Below, piece by piece: positions 50,320 to 63,995 of a stretch of 64,000 nucleotides of DNA. A model generated the notes under the pieces. The model saw only the letters and a list, made by a program, of their open reading frames with translations, made no database searches and was not told the DNA's origin. This stretch comes from Malacoraja senta (lineage: Eukaryota). The stretch covers positions 4,342,001 to 4,406,000 of the forward strand of contig CM075997.1 of the NCBI GenBank assembly GCA_038087875.1, written 5' to 3'. Every line of letters begins with the position of its first letter. The stretch's first letter is position 1. The position numbers and the translations under genes were made by a program.

Positions 50320-50613
50320 CGCCTGAATATCCTGCTGTAAACTCTTTCCCTGGAAACATTCCCAGCCATTTTCCCTACATGGATTCCACATCCAGCGGAA
50401 GCTGATGGGCCGTGATGTCGGAGTAACTCAGCGGGGTGGGCAGCATCTCTGGGGAGAAACAATGGGTGGCGTTTCGGGTCGAGACCCCTCTTCAGACTGA
50501 GAGTCAGGGGAGAGGGAAACTAGAGATCTGGAGGGGACAAAGCAAATGCAAGGTGTGAAAAGGAGAGATCAAAGGGGACGATGCTCAAGGAAATGTAGAA
50601 TAGTTCTTTGGTA

Positions 50614-51112
50614 ACACAAAATGCTGGAGAAACTCAGCGGGTGCAGCAGCATCTATGGAACGAAGGAAATAGGTAACGTTTCGGGCCGAAACCCTTCTTC
50701 AGACTGATAGGGGGTGGGGAGAAGAAAGGAAAACAAGGAAAAAGGCGGAGGAGGAGCCCGAGGGCTGGGGGGAGGGGAGGAGACAACCAGATGGCTGATG
50801 AAGGGGAGGGGACAGCAAGGGCTAGCAGAATTGGGAGAATTCAATGTTCAAACCCCAGGATGTAGACTGCCCAAACGGAATATGAGGTGCATTTCCTCCA
50901 ATTTACGGTGTTGCTCGCTGTGGCCATGGAGGAGACCCAGGACAGAGAGGTCAGATACGGAATGGGAGGGGGAGGTTGAAGTGCTGAGCCACCGGGAGTT
51001 CAGGTTGGTTATTGCGGACCGACCGGAGGTGTTCGGCGAAACGATCGCCAAGCCTCCGCTTGGTCTCACCGATGTAGATCAGCTGGCATCTAGAGCAGCG
51101 GATGCAATAGAT
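50614..51112 (-). mobile_element. Penelope-like element 3' portion (GIY-YIG remnant plus pLTR)
   Basis: IYCIRCSRCQLIYIGETKRRLGDRFAEHLRSVRNNQPELPVAQHFN on the minus strand. Confidence 0.85.
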
Positions 51113-51179
51113 CTTTGTTGGCTGAGGGGAAGGTGACAACGAGGCAGACAGGCAGTAAAATGAATCAGGAGGACAGTGA

Positions 51180-51625
51180 CTGCAAAAAGTTGTAAACACT
51201 GCCCAGTCCATCATCGGCTCTGACCTCCCTACCATCGAGGGATCGACCACAGTCGCTGCCTCACAAAGGCTGGCAGCATCATCAAGGACCCACACCATCC
51301 TGGCCACACACTCATCTCTCTGCTGCCTTCAGGTAGAAGGTACAGGAGGCTGAAATCTGCAACATCCAGGTTCAGGAATCAGCTGCTTCCCCACAGCCAT
51401 CAGACTATTAAACTCAACTCAAACAAAATCTGAACTTTAATAGCCTATGCACTTTATATGTATATTTATGTGGTTATATATATATATATTCAATGGTATA
51501 TAGACACACTGTTCTGTTCTGTATTTATTCATGCCGACTATGTTCTGTTGTGCTGAAGCAAAGCGAGAATTTCATTGTCCTATCTGGGACACACGACAAT
51601 AAACTCTCTTGTATCTTGAATCTTG
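51180..51625 (+). mobile_element. Rex1/Babar-type LINE 3' fragment
   Basis: Same family as the 8440 and 21558 copies, in the opposite orientation. Confidence 0.8.
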
Positions 51626-52404
51626 TGAGAGGTGGAGCCCACAATGGTCCATTGTTGGGCTGTGGGGACAGGTGATCACAAATGATAGAAACAGTGAAAC
51701 TCAGCAGGACGACAGTGAAACTAGTACGACGACTAGGGGTGGGGGAGGGACGGGGAGGAAGGAGAAAGCAAGGGGTTACTTGAAGTTGGAGAACTCAATG
51801 TTCATACCGCTGGGTTGTGAGCTGACCAAGGTGGCACGGTGGCGCAGCGGTAGAGTTGCTGCCTTACAGCGCTTGTCTGTAAGGCAGTGTTTTTTTTTTA
51901 GATCTTTGATGTCCTCCCACACTCCAAAGGCGTACAGGTTTGTAGGTTAATTGGTTTTGTATAAGTGTAAATTGCCCCTAGTGTGTGTAGGATAGTGTGG
52001 ATTTGCGGGGATCGCTGGTCGGCGCGGACCCGGTGGGCCGAAGGGCCTGTATCAATAAACTGAACTAAGAAGTTTATATCGGGTTCAGAGTTATAAACCG
52101 TAGAATGGGGATCTGGTCGAGTCTGGAGAAGAATCTCCATCACACGCTCAGCGGTGGCTGGTCCTGACTCACCTGTGCGTGGGTGGAAATGATTTCAGTG
52201 CTAATGTCTCTCGGTAACACAGGAAGCAGCCAGCCTCTCTGTGTTTTGAACACAAACAGCCTCTGTTCACACACTGATCCATCAGGGGGGCTGTCAAACT
52301 ACAGCACAATAAAATCCACAGCCCGCAAAGATGGCTCTGCCAGTCTGACGGAGGGTCTCGACCCGAAACATCACCCATTCCTTTCCTCCAGAGGTGCTGA
52401 GTTA

Positions 52405-52825
52405 AGGGCCTGTCCCACGGGCATGCGACTCCATGCGGCAAGCGCGACCTAACCGTAAGCGGGGGCCGCGCGGGAGGTCGAGTGATGCCCCGCACAGTGG
52501 GCCGGTCCCACCAGCATGCGGCTGCATGCGGCAAGCGCTACCAAACTGGAAGCGGGGGGCCGCACGGAGGTCGAGTGACGTCAAGACGGTGCGCACGGCG
52601 GCGAGGCGGCTGCGGGGCGGCAGGCCGTTGCCGCACGGAATTTTTGAACATGGTCAGTTTTTCTGAGCCCCGCGCGATGTCGGGACCCAGCTCCGCACGA
52701 CTCCATACGGCTCCGGCGATCGAAGTGGGACCGGCCTCGCGACCTCCGCGCGGCCCCCCGCACGCCCCCGCTTGCGGTTAGGTCGCGCTTGCTGCATGGA
52801 GTCGCATGCCCGTGGGACAGGCCCT
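52405..52825. mobile_element. PIF/Harbinger-type MITE, family E
   Basis: ~60-bp TIRs AGGGCCTGTCCCACGGGCATGCGACTCCATGC; TSD TTA/TTA; empty site gctgagTTActccagc. Confidence 0.85.
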
Positions 52826-55800
52826 TTACTCCAGCATTTTAGACAATAGACAATAGACAATAGGTGCAGGAGTAGGCCATTCGGCCCTTCGAGTCAGCAC
52901 CGCCATTCAATGTGATCATGGCTGATCATCCCCAATCAGTACCCCGTTCCTGCCTTCACCCCATATCCCCTGACTCCGCTATCTTTAAGAGCCCTATCTG
53001 GCTCTCTCTTGAAAGCATCCAGAGAACCGGCCTCCACCGCCCTCTGAGGCAGAGAATTCCACAGACTCACCACTCTCTGTGAGAAAAAGTGTTTCCTCCT
53101 CTCCGTTCTAAATGGCTTACTCCTTATTCTTAAACTGTGGCCCCTGGTTCAGGACTCCCCCAACATCGGGAACATGTTTCCTGCCCCTAGTTTGTCCAAG
53201 TCCTTAACAATCTTATATGTTTCAATGAAATCCCTCTCATCCTTCTAAACTCCAGAGTGTACAAGCCCAGCTGCTCCATTCATTCAGCATATGACAGTCC
53301 CGCCATCCCGGGAATTAACCTTGTAAACCTACGCTGTATACTATTTTGTGTCTATCTTCGGTTTAAACCAGCATCTGCAGTTCCTTCCTACACATTTTCT
53401 CTGCAGCTTAGAGATATAGCGCGGAAACAGGCCCTTCGGCCCACCGAGCCCTTGCCGACCAGCGACCCCCCTAACACTAACACTATCCTGCACACACTAG
53501 GGACAATTGTACATTTATACCAAACCAATTAACCTGCACGTCTTTGGAGTGTGGGAGGAAACCGAAGATCTCGGAGAAAAACCCACGCAGGTCACGGGGA
53601 GAATGTACAAACTCTGTTCAGACAGCGCCCGTGGTCAGGATCGAACCTGCGGTCCTCCTGTGCTGTGAGGCAGCAACTCTACGCTGTGCCACACAATGCT
53701 GCTCTGTGTGGAAGTGCTGCAGTGCCCCTGATCCAGGTAAAACCAATCCAGGGCAGTCTGAAGAGGGGTCTCGACCAGAAACGTCACCCATTCCTTCTCT
53801 CCAGAGATGCTGCCTGTCCCGCTGAGTTACTCCAGCATTTTGTGTCCATCTTTGGTTTAAACTGGCATCTGCAGTTCCTTCCTACACAAAACCAATCCAG
53901 GTATGGATATTGTGTCGCCAAACACTTTAACCCCCCCCCCTCCTATTCCCACACTGACCTTTCTGTCCTGGGCCTCCTCCATTGTCAGTGTGAGGCCCAG
54001 CGCAAATTGGTGGAACACCACCTCATATTTCGCTTGGGGCAGCTTATACCCCAGCGGTATGAACATTGATTTCTCTAACTTCAAGTAACCCTTGCCTCCC
54101 CTCTCTCTCCGGCCCTTCCCGACCCCTAGTCGTCGTACTAGTTTCACTGTCGTCCTACTGAGTTTCACTATTTCTAACATTTGTTATCACCTTCCCAACT
54201 GCCAACAATAGACCATTGTAGGCTCCACCTTTCCTTGTTCATCGATGCTGGCTTTGAATTGTTCATGGGCAAAACCTTTCATTCATTCGTTCTATGTTTG
54301 TGTCATATCTCTTGTTTCCCTCCCCCCTGACCCTCAATCTGACAGAAAGGTCTCGACCTGAAACATCATCCATTCCTTCTCTCCGGAGACGCTGGCCTGT
54401 CCCGCTGAATTACTCCAGCCCCTTGAGTCTATCTATGGATATAGTGCGGTCGGGATAGATGAGTTGGGCCGAAGGGCCTGTTTCCGTGCGGGGTGACTCT
54501 GTGACTGCAAATCGTGGCAACATGTACACTGGAAAGAAAGAGCTTCCAAGATGGAAGAGAGGTGTTAAAAAGTTGGCGATCTTGCCAAGCGATTCACATC
54601 TGAGAAATCCCTTGATTGAATCAGGAAACAGTTGTGTTCACACTGTATTTATCTCATCTCTGAAATAGCGCAGATCACAAGGCATAATAATGAATTCGAT
54701 TTGAACCGCAATACCTGTTTTTGCAGAAATCAGTGTGGCCTTTGCTCCCTGGCGCAGCGGTCGAGTTACTGCCCTCCCCCCCACCAGAGACCCGGGTTCG
54801 ATCCTGACTACGGGTGCTGTCTGTACGGAGTTTGCACGTTCTCCCCATGACCTGTGTGGGGGAGGGTTTTCTCCGGGTGCTCCGGTTTCCTCCCACACTC
54901 CATAGACGTGCAGGTTTTGTCGGCTAATTGGCTTCGGTAAAAATTGTAAATTGTCCCTCGTGTGTGTAGGATAGTGTTAGTGTACGGGGATGGGCTGGTC
55001 GGCGCGGACCCGGTGGCCGAAGGGCTGGTTTCCACGCTGTATCTCTAAATTTAAGTAAACTAATCTAAACCCTGACTAAATAATATGTGAGTTATCAGGT
55101 AACAGAATCTTCCGGACAGCAGTCGTGAAGTACAATTGGACTATCTTTGATTGGACTTTGCTGGCGTTACCTTGCACTAAACGTTATTCCCTTATCATGT
55201 ATCTGTACACTATGAACGGCTCGATTGTAATCATGTATTGTCTTTCCACTATCTGCTTAGCAACAACAAGCCTTTTCACTGTATCTCGGTAAACATGTCA
55301 ATACCTGGCGTTTAGAAGGATGAGGGGGAATCTTATAGAAACATATAAAATTATAAAAGGACTGGACAAGCTAGATTCAGGAAAATGTTCCCAATGTTGG
55401 GCGAGTCCAGAACCAGGGGCCACAGTCTTAGAATAAAGGGGAGGCCATTTAAGACTGAGGTGAGAAAAGACTTTTTAACCCAGGAGAGTTGTGAATTTGT
55501 GGGAATTCCCTGCCACAGAGGGCAGTGGAGGCCAAATCACTGGATGGATTTAAGAGAGAGTTAGATAGAGCTCTAGGGGCTGGTGGAATCAAGGGATATG
55601 GGGAGAAGGCAGGCACGGGTTATTGATTGGGGACGATCAGCCATAATCACAATGAATGGCGGTGCTGGCTCGAAGGGCTGAATGGCCTCCACCTGCACCT
55701 ATTTTCTATGTTTCTATGTAACCTAAACTATTAAAAATATAATAATATCAGACAACCTTATTATCCCACACACATTTACGCGGATGTTGGCAGGATGGTG

Positions 55801-58800
55801 GGCTGAGCTATAGGGAGAGTTTGGGCAGGCTGGGACTTTAAGATTTGGAGCGCAGGAGGCTAAGGGGTGATCTCGTAAAGGGATCTAAAATCATGTGGGG
55901 GATAGATAGGTGAATGCACACTGAGTCTTTTACCCAGAGTAAGGGATTCAAGATGGCGTAAGAAGGAACTACATATGGTGGTTTATACCAGAGATAGACT
56001 TAAAATGCTGGAGTAACTCAGCGGGTCAGGTAGCATCTCTGGAGGCAAGAAACAGGTGACGTTTCGTGTTGTTACCCCCTCCAGACTCATCCGTGACTTT
56101 TCAGGTTGAAGAAGGGTCTTGACCCGAAACATCACCTATTCCTTACCTCCAGAGATGCTGCCTGACGCTTGGATCTTGGGTCAGCGGTATGAATACCGAT
56201 TTCTCTAACCCTTGCATTCCCTCTCTCTCTCCGCCCCACCCACCCCCCACTCGAGTCATCCTGCTAGTTTCACTGTTCGCATCCCTTCGTTATCACCTCT
56301 TTCACAGCCAACAATGGACCATTGTGGGCTCCTTGGTCATTGCACCTGCTCTGATTTGTTCTGTACCTCTCCATAATTCCCTCTCCCCTGACTCTCCCCT
56401 GTGAGGAGGATGCTACGAGAATGCAGAGTGAATTGGACAGGTTGGGGGAGTGGGCAGATGCATGGCAGATGCAGTTTAATGTGGATAAATGTGAGGTTAT
56501 CCACTTTGGTTTCAAAAACAGGAAGGCAGATTATTATCTAAATGGTGTCAAGTTGGGAAAAGGGGAAGCACAACGGGATCTGGGGGTCCTTGTTCATCAG
56601 TCAATGTAAGTAAGCATGCAGGTACAGCAGGCAGTGAAGAAAGCGAATGGCATGTTGGCCTTCAGAACAAGAGCAGTTGGGTATAGGAGCAAAGAGGTCC
56701 TTCTGCAGTTGTACCACACCTGGAGTATTGTGTGCAGTTTTGGTTTCCAAATTTGAGGAAGGACATGCTTGCTATTGAGGGAGTGCAGCGTAGGTTCACA
56801 AGGTTAATTCCCGGGATGGCGGGACTGTCATATGCTAAGAGAATGGAGCGGCTGGGCTTGTATACTCTGGAATTTAGAAGGATGAGAGGATATCTTATTG
56901 AAACATATAAGATTGTTAGGGATTGGACACGCTAGAGGCAGGAAACATGTTCCCGATATTGGGGGAGTCCGGAACCAGGGGCCACAGTTTAAGAATAAGG
57001 GGTAAGCCATTTAGAACGGAGATGAGGAAACACTTTTTCACACAGAGAGTGGTGAGTCTGTGGAATTCTCTGCCTCAGATGGCGGTGGAGGACACTAGCA
57101 GTATCCTTCATGCACTTGGGACAAGTTACAATTTTACCAAAGCCTATTAGCCCTCAACCTGTACGTCTTTGGAGTGCAAGAGAAACTGGAGCACCCGGAG
57201 GAAACGCAAGCAGGTCACGGGGAGAACGTGCAAACTCCGTGCAGTCAGTACCCGTAGTCTGGATCGAACCTGGGTCTCTGGCGCTGTGAGGCAGCAACTC
57301 TACCGCTGCGCCACCGTGCCAGACCATTGATTAGAGCGGGCAGTGGAATGAAATATCAGAAGCTGCTTACACTAGGCTGCTGACTGGACTCTGCCCATGA
57401 TATGTTCATAAGTGATAGGAGCAGAATTAGGCCATTCGGCCCATCAAGTCTACTCTGCCATTCAATCATGGCTGATCTATCTCTCCCTCCTAACCCCATT
57501 CTCCTGCCTTCTCTCCGTAACCTCTGACACCTGTACTAATCAAGAATCTATCTGTCGGCCTTAAAAATATCCATTGACTTGGCCTCCACAGCCTTCTGTG
57601 GCAAAGAATTCTACAGATTCTCCACCCTCGGATGAAAGAAATTCCTCCTCAATTTGTAAATTAGTTTCCCCGTCGCTAAGCCCTGGAATAATTTGCACGG
57701 TGTTGATTATTTGGATTTAAAAGTGAGCACGTCACTGATCTGTGAAATTACCTTCATAGAAACATAGAAACATAGAAACATAGACAATAGGTGCAGGAGT
57801 AGGCCATTCGGCTCTTTGAGCCATTCAATATGATCATGGCTGATCATCCAAAATCAGTACCCCGTTCCTGCCTTCTTCCCATATCCTTTGATTCCGTTGC
57901 CCCGAAGAGATATTTCAAAAGTCTCGACCCGAAACGTCACCTATTCCTTCTCTCCAGAGATGCTGCCTGTCCCGCTGAGTTACTCCAGCATTTTGTGTCT
58001 ATCTTCGAGCTATTTCCAACTCTCTCTTGAAAACATACAGTGACTTGGCCTCCACTGACTTCAGTGGCAGAGAATTCCACAGATTCACAACTCTCCGGGT
58101 GAAAAGGCTTTTCCTCATCTCAGTCCCAAATTGGTCGTTGCTTCAATATGGGTGGTCCAGGAGAAGTTGTTGGTGATATTTACTCCTATCTTCACTGCTC
58201 CACATACACACACCTTCTTGGTCTAATTTGAAATAATCAGAAAGAACCAGCTGGTTGACAAAAAAGCTGGGGAAACTCAGCGGGTGAGGCAGCATCTATG
58301 GAGCAAAGGATCTCGACCCGAAACGTCACCTATTCCTTCGCTCCATAGATGCTGCCTCACCTGCTGAGTTGCTCCAGCATTTTTGTCTACCTTCAATTTT
58401 TCCAGCATCTGCAGTTCTTTCTTAAACAGAAAGAACCAGCTGATCTCTTTATTTTGAAGACAGCAGATGCCGGATAATATTTTCCCTCCACAGATGCTGC
58501 CTGACCCGTTCAGTTCCTCCAGCACTTTATTTTTTGCTCCTTTGTTTTCTTTGACCGGCTTTTCGCCCTCCAAATTCCTGCTTTTTCTCTCTTTCTCCAC
58601 CGCGTTCTCTCTCTCTACGCCTCCCTCGGTTCCTGCTTCTCTCTGCCACACTGGAGATTGGAGAAGAGGGAGTTGCCAGGCTGCGACTGGTCCTTGATGA
58701 TGCTGCTGGCCTTGCCGAGGCAGCGTGAGGTGTAGATGGAGTCAATGGAAGGGAAGGTTGGTTTGTGTGACGCGTCCACAATTCTCTGCAATTTCTTGCG

Positions 58801-59328
58801 GCCTTGGATGGAGCTGTTCCCATACCGTGCCGTGATGCATCCCGATAGATTCCTTTCTACTGCGCATCTGTAGAAGTTGGTGAGGGTTGTGGGTGGGGGA
58901 CATGCCGAACTTCCTAAGCCTTTTCAGGAAGTAGAGGCGTTGGTGTGCTTTCTTGGTCCTTGCTTCAATACGGATGATCCATTCGAAGTCGTAAGTGATA
59001 TTCACTCCAATATCACCCCGGCCACTCCCTCTTCTCCCCTCTCCCAAGAGGTACAGAAGTGTGAAAACGCACACCTCCTGATTCAGGGACAGTTTCATCC
59101 CACCTGTTATCAGGCAACTGTACCCATCCTCTCACCAACTAGAGGGCGGTCCTGTCCTCCCCATCCATCCCATTGGAGAAGTTGGAAATATATTTAATCG
59201 GACTTACCTTCCACTAAACATTATACCCTTTATCCTGTATCTGTACACTGTGGACGGCTCGATTATAATCATGTATTGTCCTTTCACTGTGTGGACAGCA
59301 CACAACAAACATGCTTCACTGTACTTCA

Positions 59329-60175
59329 CTAAACCAAACCAAACCAAACTAAACTGGACTAGACTAGACTAGACTAGACTAGACTAGACTGGACTGGACT
59401 GGACTGGACTGGACTAGACTGGACTAGACTGGACTGGACTAGACTGGACTGGACTAGACTGGACTAGACTAGACTAGACTGGACTAGACTAGACTAGACT
59501 GGACTAGACTAGACTAGACTGGACTGGACTAGACTAGACTGGACTAGACTAGACTGGACTAGACTAGGCTAGACTCGACTAGACTAGACTAGACTAGACT
59601 AGACTGGACTGGACTGGACTAGACTAGACTAGACTAGACTAGACTAGATTGGACTGGACTGGACTGGACTGGACTAGTCTGGACTAGACTAGACTGGACT
59701 AGTCTGGACTAGACTAGACTAGACTGGACTGGACTGGACTGGACTAGACTGGACTAGACTGGACTGGACTAGACTGGACTGGACTAGACTGGACTGGACT
59801 GGACTAGTCTGGACTAGACTAGACTAGACTGGACTAGACTAGACTAGACTAGACTGGACTAGACTGGACTGGACTGGACTAGACTAGACTAGACTAGACT
59901 GGACTGGACTAGACTAGACTAGACTGGACTAGACTAGACTAGACTAGACTGGACTGGACTGGACTAGACTAGACTAGACTGGACTAGACTAGACTGGACT
60001 GGACTGGACTAGACTAGACTGCTGGACTGGACTAGACTGGACTAGACTGGACTAGACTAGACTAGACTGGACTGGACTGGACTAGACTAGACTAGACTGG
60101 ACTGGACTAGACTAGACTGGACTGGACTAGACTAGACTAGACTAGACTAGACTAGCTTGGACTGGACTAGACTGG
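59329..60175. repeat. Pentanucleotide array of mixed AGACT/GGACT units
   Basis: ~850 bp; grades from AAACC/AAACT at the tail of a Rex-type 3' UTR into AGACT/GGACT. Confidence 0.95.
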
Positions 60176-61779
60176 AGCATCTGAGGAGGGAATAGATAGG
60201 TGATGTTTCAAGTCAGGACCCTTCCTCAGACAGATTGAGTGGTCCCGACCTGAAACGTTGTCAGGCCATTCTCTCCACAGATGCTGTCTGACCTGCTGAG
60301 TTCCCCAGCACTTGGCTTTTTGGACAGAAGTATTGAGTCTGAAGAAGGGTCTTGACCCGAAACGTCACCTATTCCTTTTCTCCACAGATGCTGCCTGATC
60401 TGCTGAGTTACTCCAGCATTTTGTGTCTATCGCTGATAAATGGGATTAGTTTGGATGGGGCATCTTGGGTCAGCATGGAGGAGTTGGGCTGAAAGGCCTG
60501 TTTCCGTGCTGGAAAGCTCTATGACCTTATGAATCTCAGGAAACATGATGAGAAAGTGTGTCAATTTGGGAACATTTGGGAAGATAAGTAACCAGGATTG
60601 AGGGCGATTTCGGGCAGTCACGGTGGCGCAGCGGTAGAGTTGCTGCCTTACAGTGAATGCAGCACCTGAGTCCCGGGTTCGATCCCGACTATGGGTGCTG
60701 TCTGTACGGAGTTTGTACGTTCTCCCCGTGATCTGCGCGGGTTTTCTCCGAGATCTTCGGTTTCACCCCTCACTCCAAAGGCGTGCAGGTTTGTAGGTTA
60801 ATTGGCTTGGTAAATGTAAAAAAAAATTGTCCCCAGTGTGTGTAGAATAGTGTTAATGTGCGGGGATCGCTGGCCGGTGCAGACTCGGTGGGCCGAAGGG
60901 CCTGTTTCCGCGCTGTATCTCTGAACTAAACTCAACTAAACTAAGAGTTATTAAGAAATGTTTCCACTTATGTTCACACTTGCAAGTATCTGTTGAGGAC
61001 AGTGCGAGACAGTGGTATCATCTTGTTATGTCTATGGTGCCTTGTTTATCCTGGTGTCACTTGTCACATAAGCATGGGTCCAGATGAAAAGTTTGTCATT
61101 CGGGGTGGCACGGTGGCGCAGGGGTAGAGTTGCTGCCTCACAGCGCCAGAGACCCGGGTTCGACCCTGACTATGGGTGTCTGTCTGTACGGAGAGAAAAA
61201 AAAATAGATTGGATGGGTATATGGACGGGAAAGGAATGGAGGGTTATGGCCTGAGTGCAGGTAGATGGGACTAGGGGGAAGTATTTATTTTTAATTAAAA
61301 TTTTTTTTATTTTTTTAATGTTCGACACGGACTTGAAGGGCCGAGATGGCCTGTTTCCGTGCTGTTATGGTTATATGGTTATATGGTTATATGGAGTCTG
61401 TACCTTCTCCCTGTGACCACGAGGGTTTTCTCCAGGTGCTCCGGTTTCCTCCCACAACAGAACGATATACAGGTCTGTAGGTTAATTGGCTACGGTAAAG
61501 GAAACAGGCCCTTCAGCCCACCTTGTCCATGCCAACCAAGCTGACATACTGGGCTAGTCCCATTTGTCTGCATTTTGCCCATTGCCATGTAAACCCTTCC
61601 CATCCAACTATCCTTCTGTTACTTTTCCCTGCTCCATTTTTTCCAGCCTCCCATGAAGCACGTCAATGCTTCCCGCCTCCACCACTCCCCGTGAGAAGGC
61701 TCTTTGCCCGACTTATTGTACTTGAGTTGAACATCGTCGCATTTATGTACGATGCAGTCTTATCTGATCTACGATATGA

Positions 61780-62095
61780 TACAAAACGATACGATAGAAC
61801 GTTATTTATCCCAGGAGGGAGATTGTTCTGCCAACAGTCATAAAAACCACTAGATACATGAAAAATGAAATTAAAGTCACGTGTGGAAAGGATTGGGGAT
61901 GTGCAAAGATTGGGGGGGGGGGGGGGGGGGGGAGAGTTAGTCTCAGTCTACCCCACGACAGAAGGGGGAGGAGTTGTACAGTTTGATCGCCACAGGAAAG
62001 AAGGATCTCCTGTGGCGTTCTGTTCTGCATCTTGGTGGAACCAGTCTGTTGCTGAAGGTGCTACTCAGGTTGACCAGTGTGTCATGGAGGGGATC
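61780..62095 (-). mobile_element. Rex1/Babar-type LINE 3' end with (ATCGT)n tail
   Basis: PRCRTERHRRSFFPVAIKLYNSS; related copies at ~9295-9530 and ~11630-11775. Confidence 0.65.
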
Positions 62096-63214
62096 TAATT
62101 GGATAGCATGCAGTGGAAGGCTTTTCACTGTACCTTGGTACGTGTGACATTAATAAACCTAAACCCAAATCCAGACATGTTCTCTCTACTGATCGGCACG
62201 GTGGCGCAGCGGTAGAGTTGCTGCCTTAAAGCGCTTGCAGTACCGGAGAACCTGGTTCGATCCTGACAACCGGTGCTGTCTGTACGGAGTTTGCACGTTC
62301 TCCCTGTGACCGAGTGGCTTCAGTTTCCTCCCACGCTCCCAAGACGCACAGGTTTGTAGGTTGATTGGCTTGGTATAAATGTAAAATTGCCCCTCGTGTG
62401 TAGGGTAGTGTTAATGTGCGGGGATCGCTGGTTGGCGCAGAATCGGTGGGCCGAAGGGCCTGTTTCCACCCTGTATCTCGAAGATGGAAACAAATTTCAA
62501 AACCGTTTATAGGGTGCAGGGACCAATAATCTTTGTATAATTTCCTTCAGACTTGATCTATTACCCATCTTGAATCTTCTCACGGCCCATGAACTTATTG
62601 GTCAGGCCAGTTCGGAGTTCAATTTACAGTCAAACACATTGCTATGGATAGAGAACTGCACTGAGGCAAGTATACTTCACATCCAGATGTACATTACTGA
62701 ACCAAATAGATACTTACAATAAGCCAGCAATTCTGCTGCCACCATTACCGATATTAGTTATTTAATCCGTCTTAAAATTCCGCAGCTGTCCACTGTCCAC
62801 TAGATACTCTACAATACTTTGCTCGACGAATGCTTACCACTCTTGTTTTGTGCTGCCTCATGCATCACGGTGGCGCAGCGGTAGAGTTGCTGCCTCACTG
62901 CGCCAGAGACCCAGCTTCGATCCTGACTACGGGTGCTGTCTGTACGGAGTTTATACGTTCTCCCCGTGACCCGCGTGGGTTTCCTCCGGGTGCTCCGGTT
63001 TCCTCCCACACTCCAAAGACGTAGGCTAATTGGCTTCGGTAGATATTGTGTGCGGGGATCGATGGTTGGCACGGTCTCGATGGGCCGAAGGACCGTTTCC
63101 GCGCTGCACCTCTGAATTAAACTAAACTAAAACGTGAGCAGTCCAATGATATAACTACGATCCTGCCATGTCCACAGAAAGACCAGCGCTGGGGAAATGC
63201 ATTAATTCAGTAAA

Positions 63215-63593
63215 CAGGTCCGCCACCGGACAAAATTGCGAGAGCGCTCTTGAAATCCCCCCCTGGAAGTCCCCCCGAGAATGTGGCGCCTAGGCCGGGT
63301 GAGGCGGCCGATCTCGACCTCATCGGGACTTCCGCGGCCGATCGGCGGGATGAATCTGCCCCCTGCGGCCGGGGCTCTGGAACTCCCGCCCGGCCGGAGC
63401 CGGCAGATCCGTTCCCATTGGCGGTTCCGAGGACGACTTTGCGGGTCGGTATCTCGGCCGCCCGGCGGTCTAGGCGGACGGTTCAGGTACCGTTGGACTC
63501 CTCTTGGAGGCCATGACCTCTGTTGATCCGGAAAAACGGATAATCCAGCAAGGCTCTTGAACCAAGGGTGCCGGAAAATCGGTGGTGGACCTG
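63215..63593. mobile_element. Probable Tc1/mariner-pogo (Tigger-like) MITE remnant
   Basis: 14-bp inverted termini CAGGTCCGCCACCG / CGGTGGTGGACCTG (13/14 match) around a GC-rich interior; no clean TA TSD. Confidence 0.45.
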
Positions 63594-63667
63594 AATCACA
63601 TTACGAGGGGCATTGATAATGTGGACTTTGAGAACTTATTTCCCAGAGTGGAACTGTCATAGACTAA

Positions 63668-63995
63668 TAGCCCTGTCCCTCGGTACGAGTTCATTCAAGA
63701 GCTCTCCCAAGTTTTAAAAAATCAAACTCGTGGTAAGCACGGAGAATGAACGTAGCGGGTACGTCGGAGCTCGGGGACGTCTCTTAGCGGCTCGTAACGC
63801 TAACGGCAGGTACTCAGGAAGACTCGCTAACGGCAGGTAAGCTTGGGAAGACTCGTGAAGATTTTTCAACATGTTGAAAAATGTCCACGAGAGCCCCGAG
63901 TACCGACGAGCGGCCATTACCGTAAATCTCCGAGTTCGAATCAGGGCAAACTCGGGAGAGCTCTTGGAATGAACTCGTACCATGGGACAGGGCTT
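63668..63995. mobile_element. PIF/Harbinger-type MITE, family C
   Basis: Homologous to the 32652 and 45957 copies; flanks TAA/TTA. Confidence 0.85.

Noticed and set aside
54520..54585. ELPRWKRGVK resembles the end of the NCX alternatively spliced exon
   Set aside because: No upstream DDEEYEK-type motif and no suitable splice sites; chance similarity. No downstream NCX exon was identified in the window.
59329..60175. CRISPR-like or information-encoding array
   Set aside because: Simple pentamer variants with no repeat-spacer structure; eukaryotic context and no cas genes.
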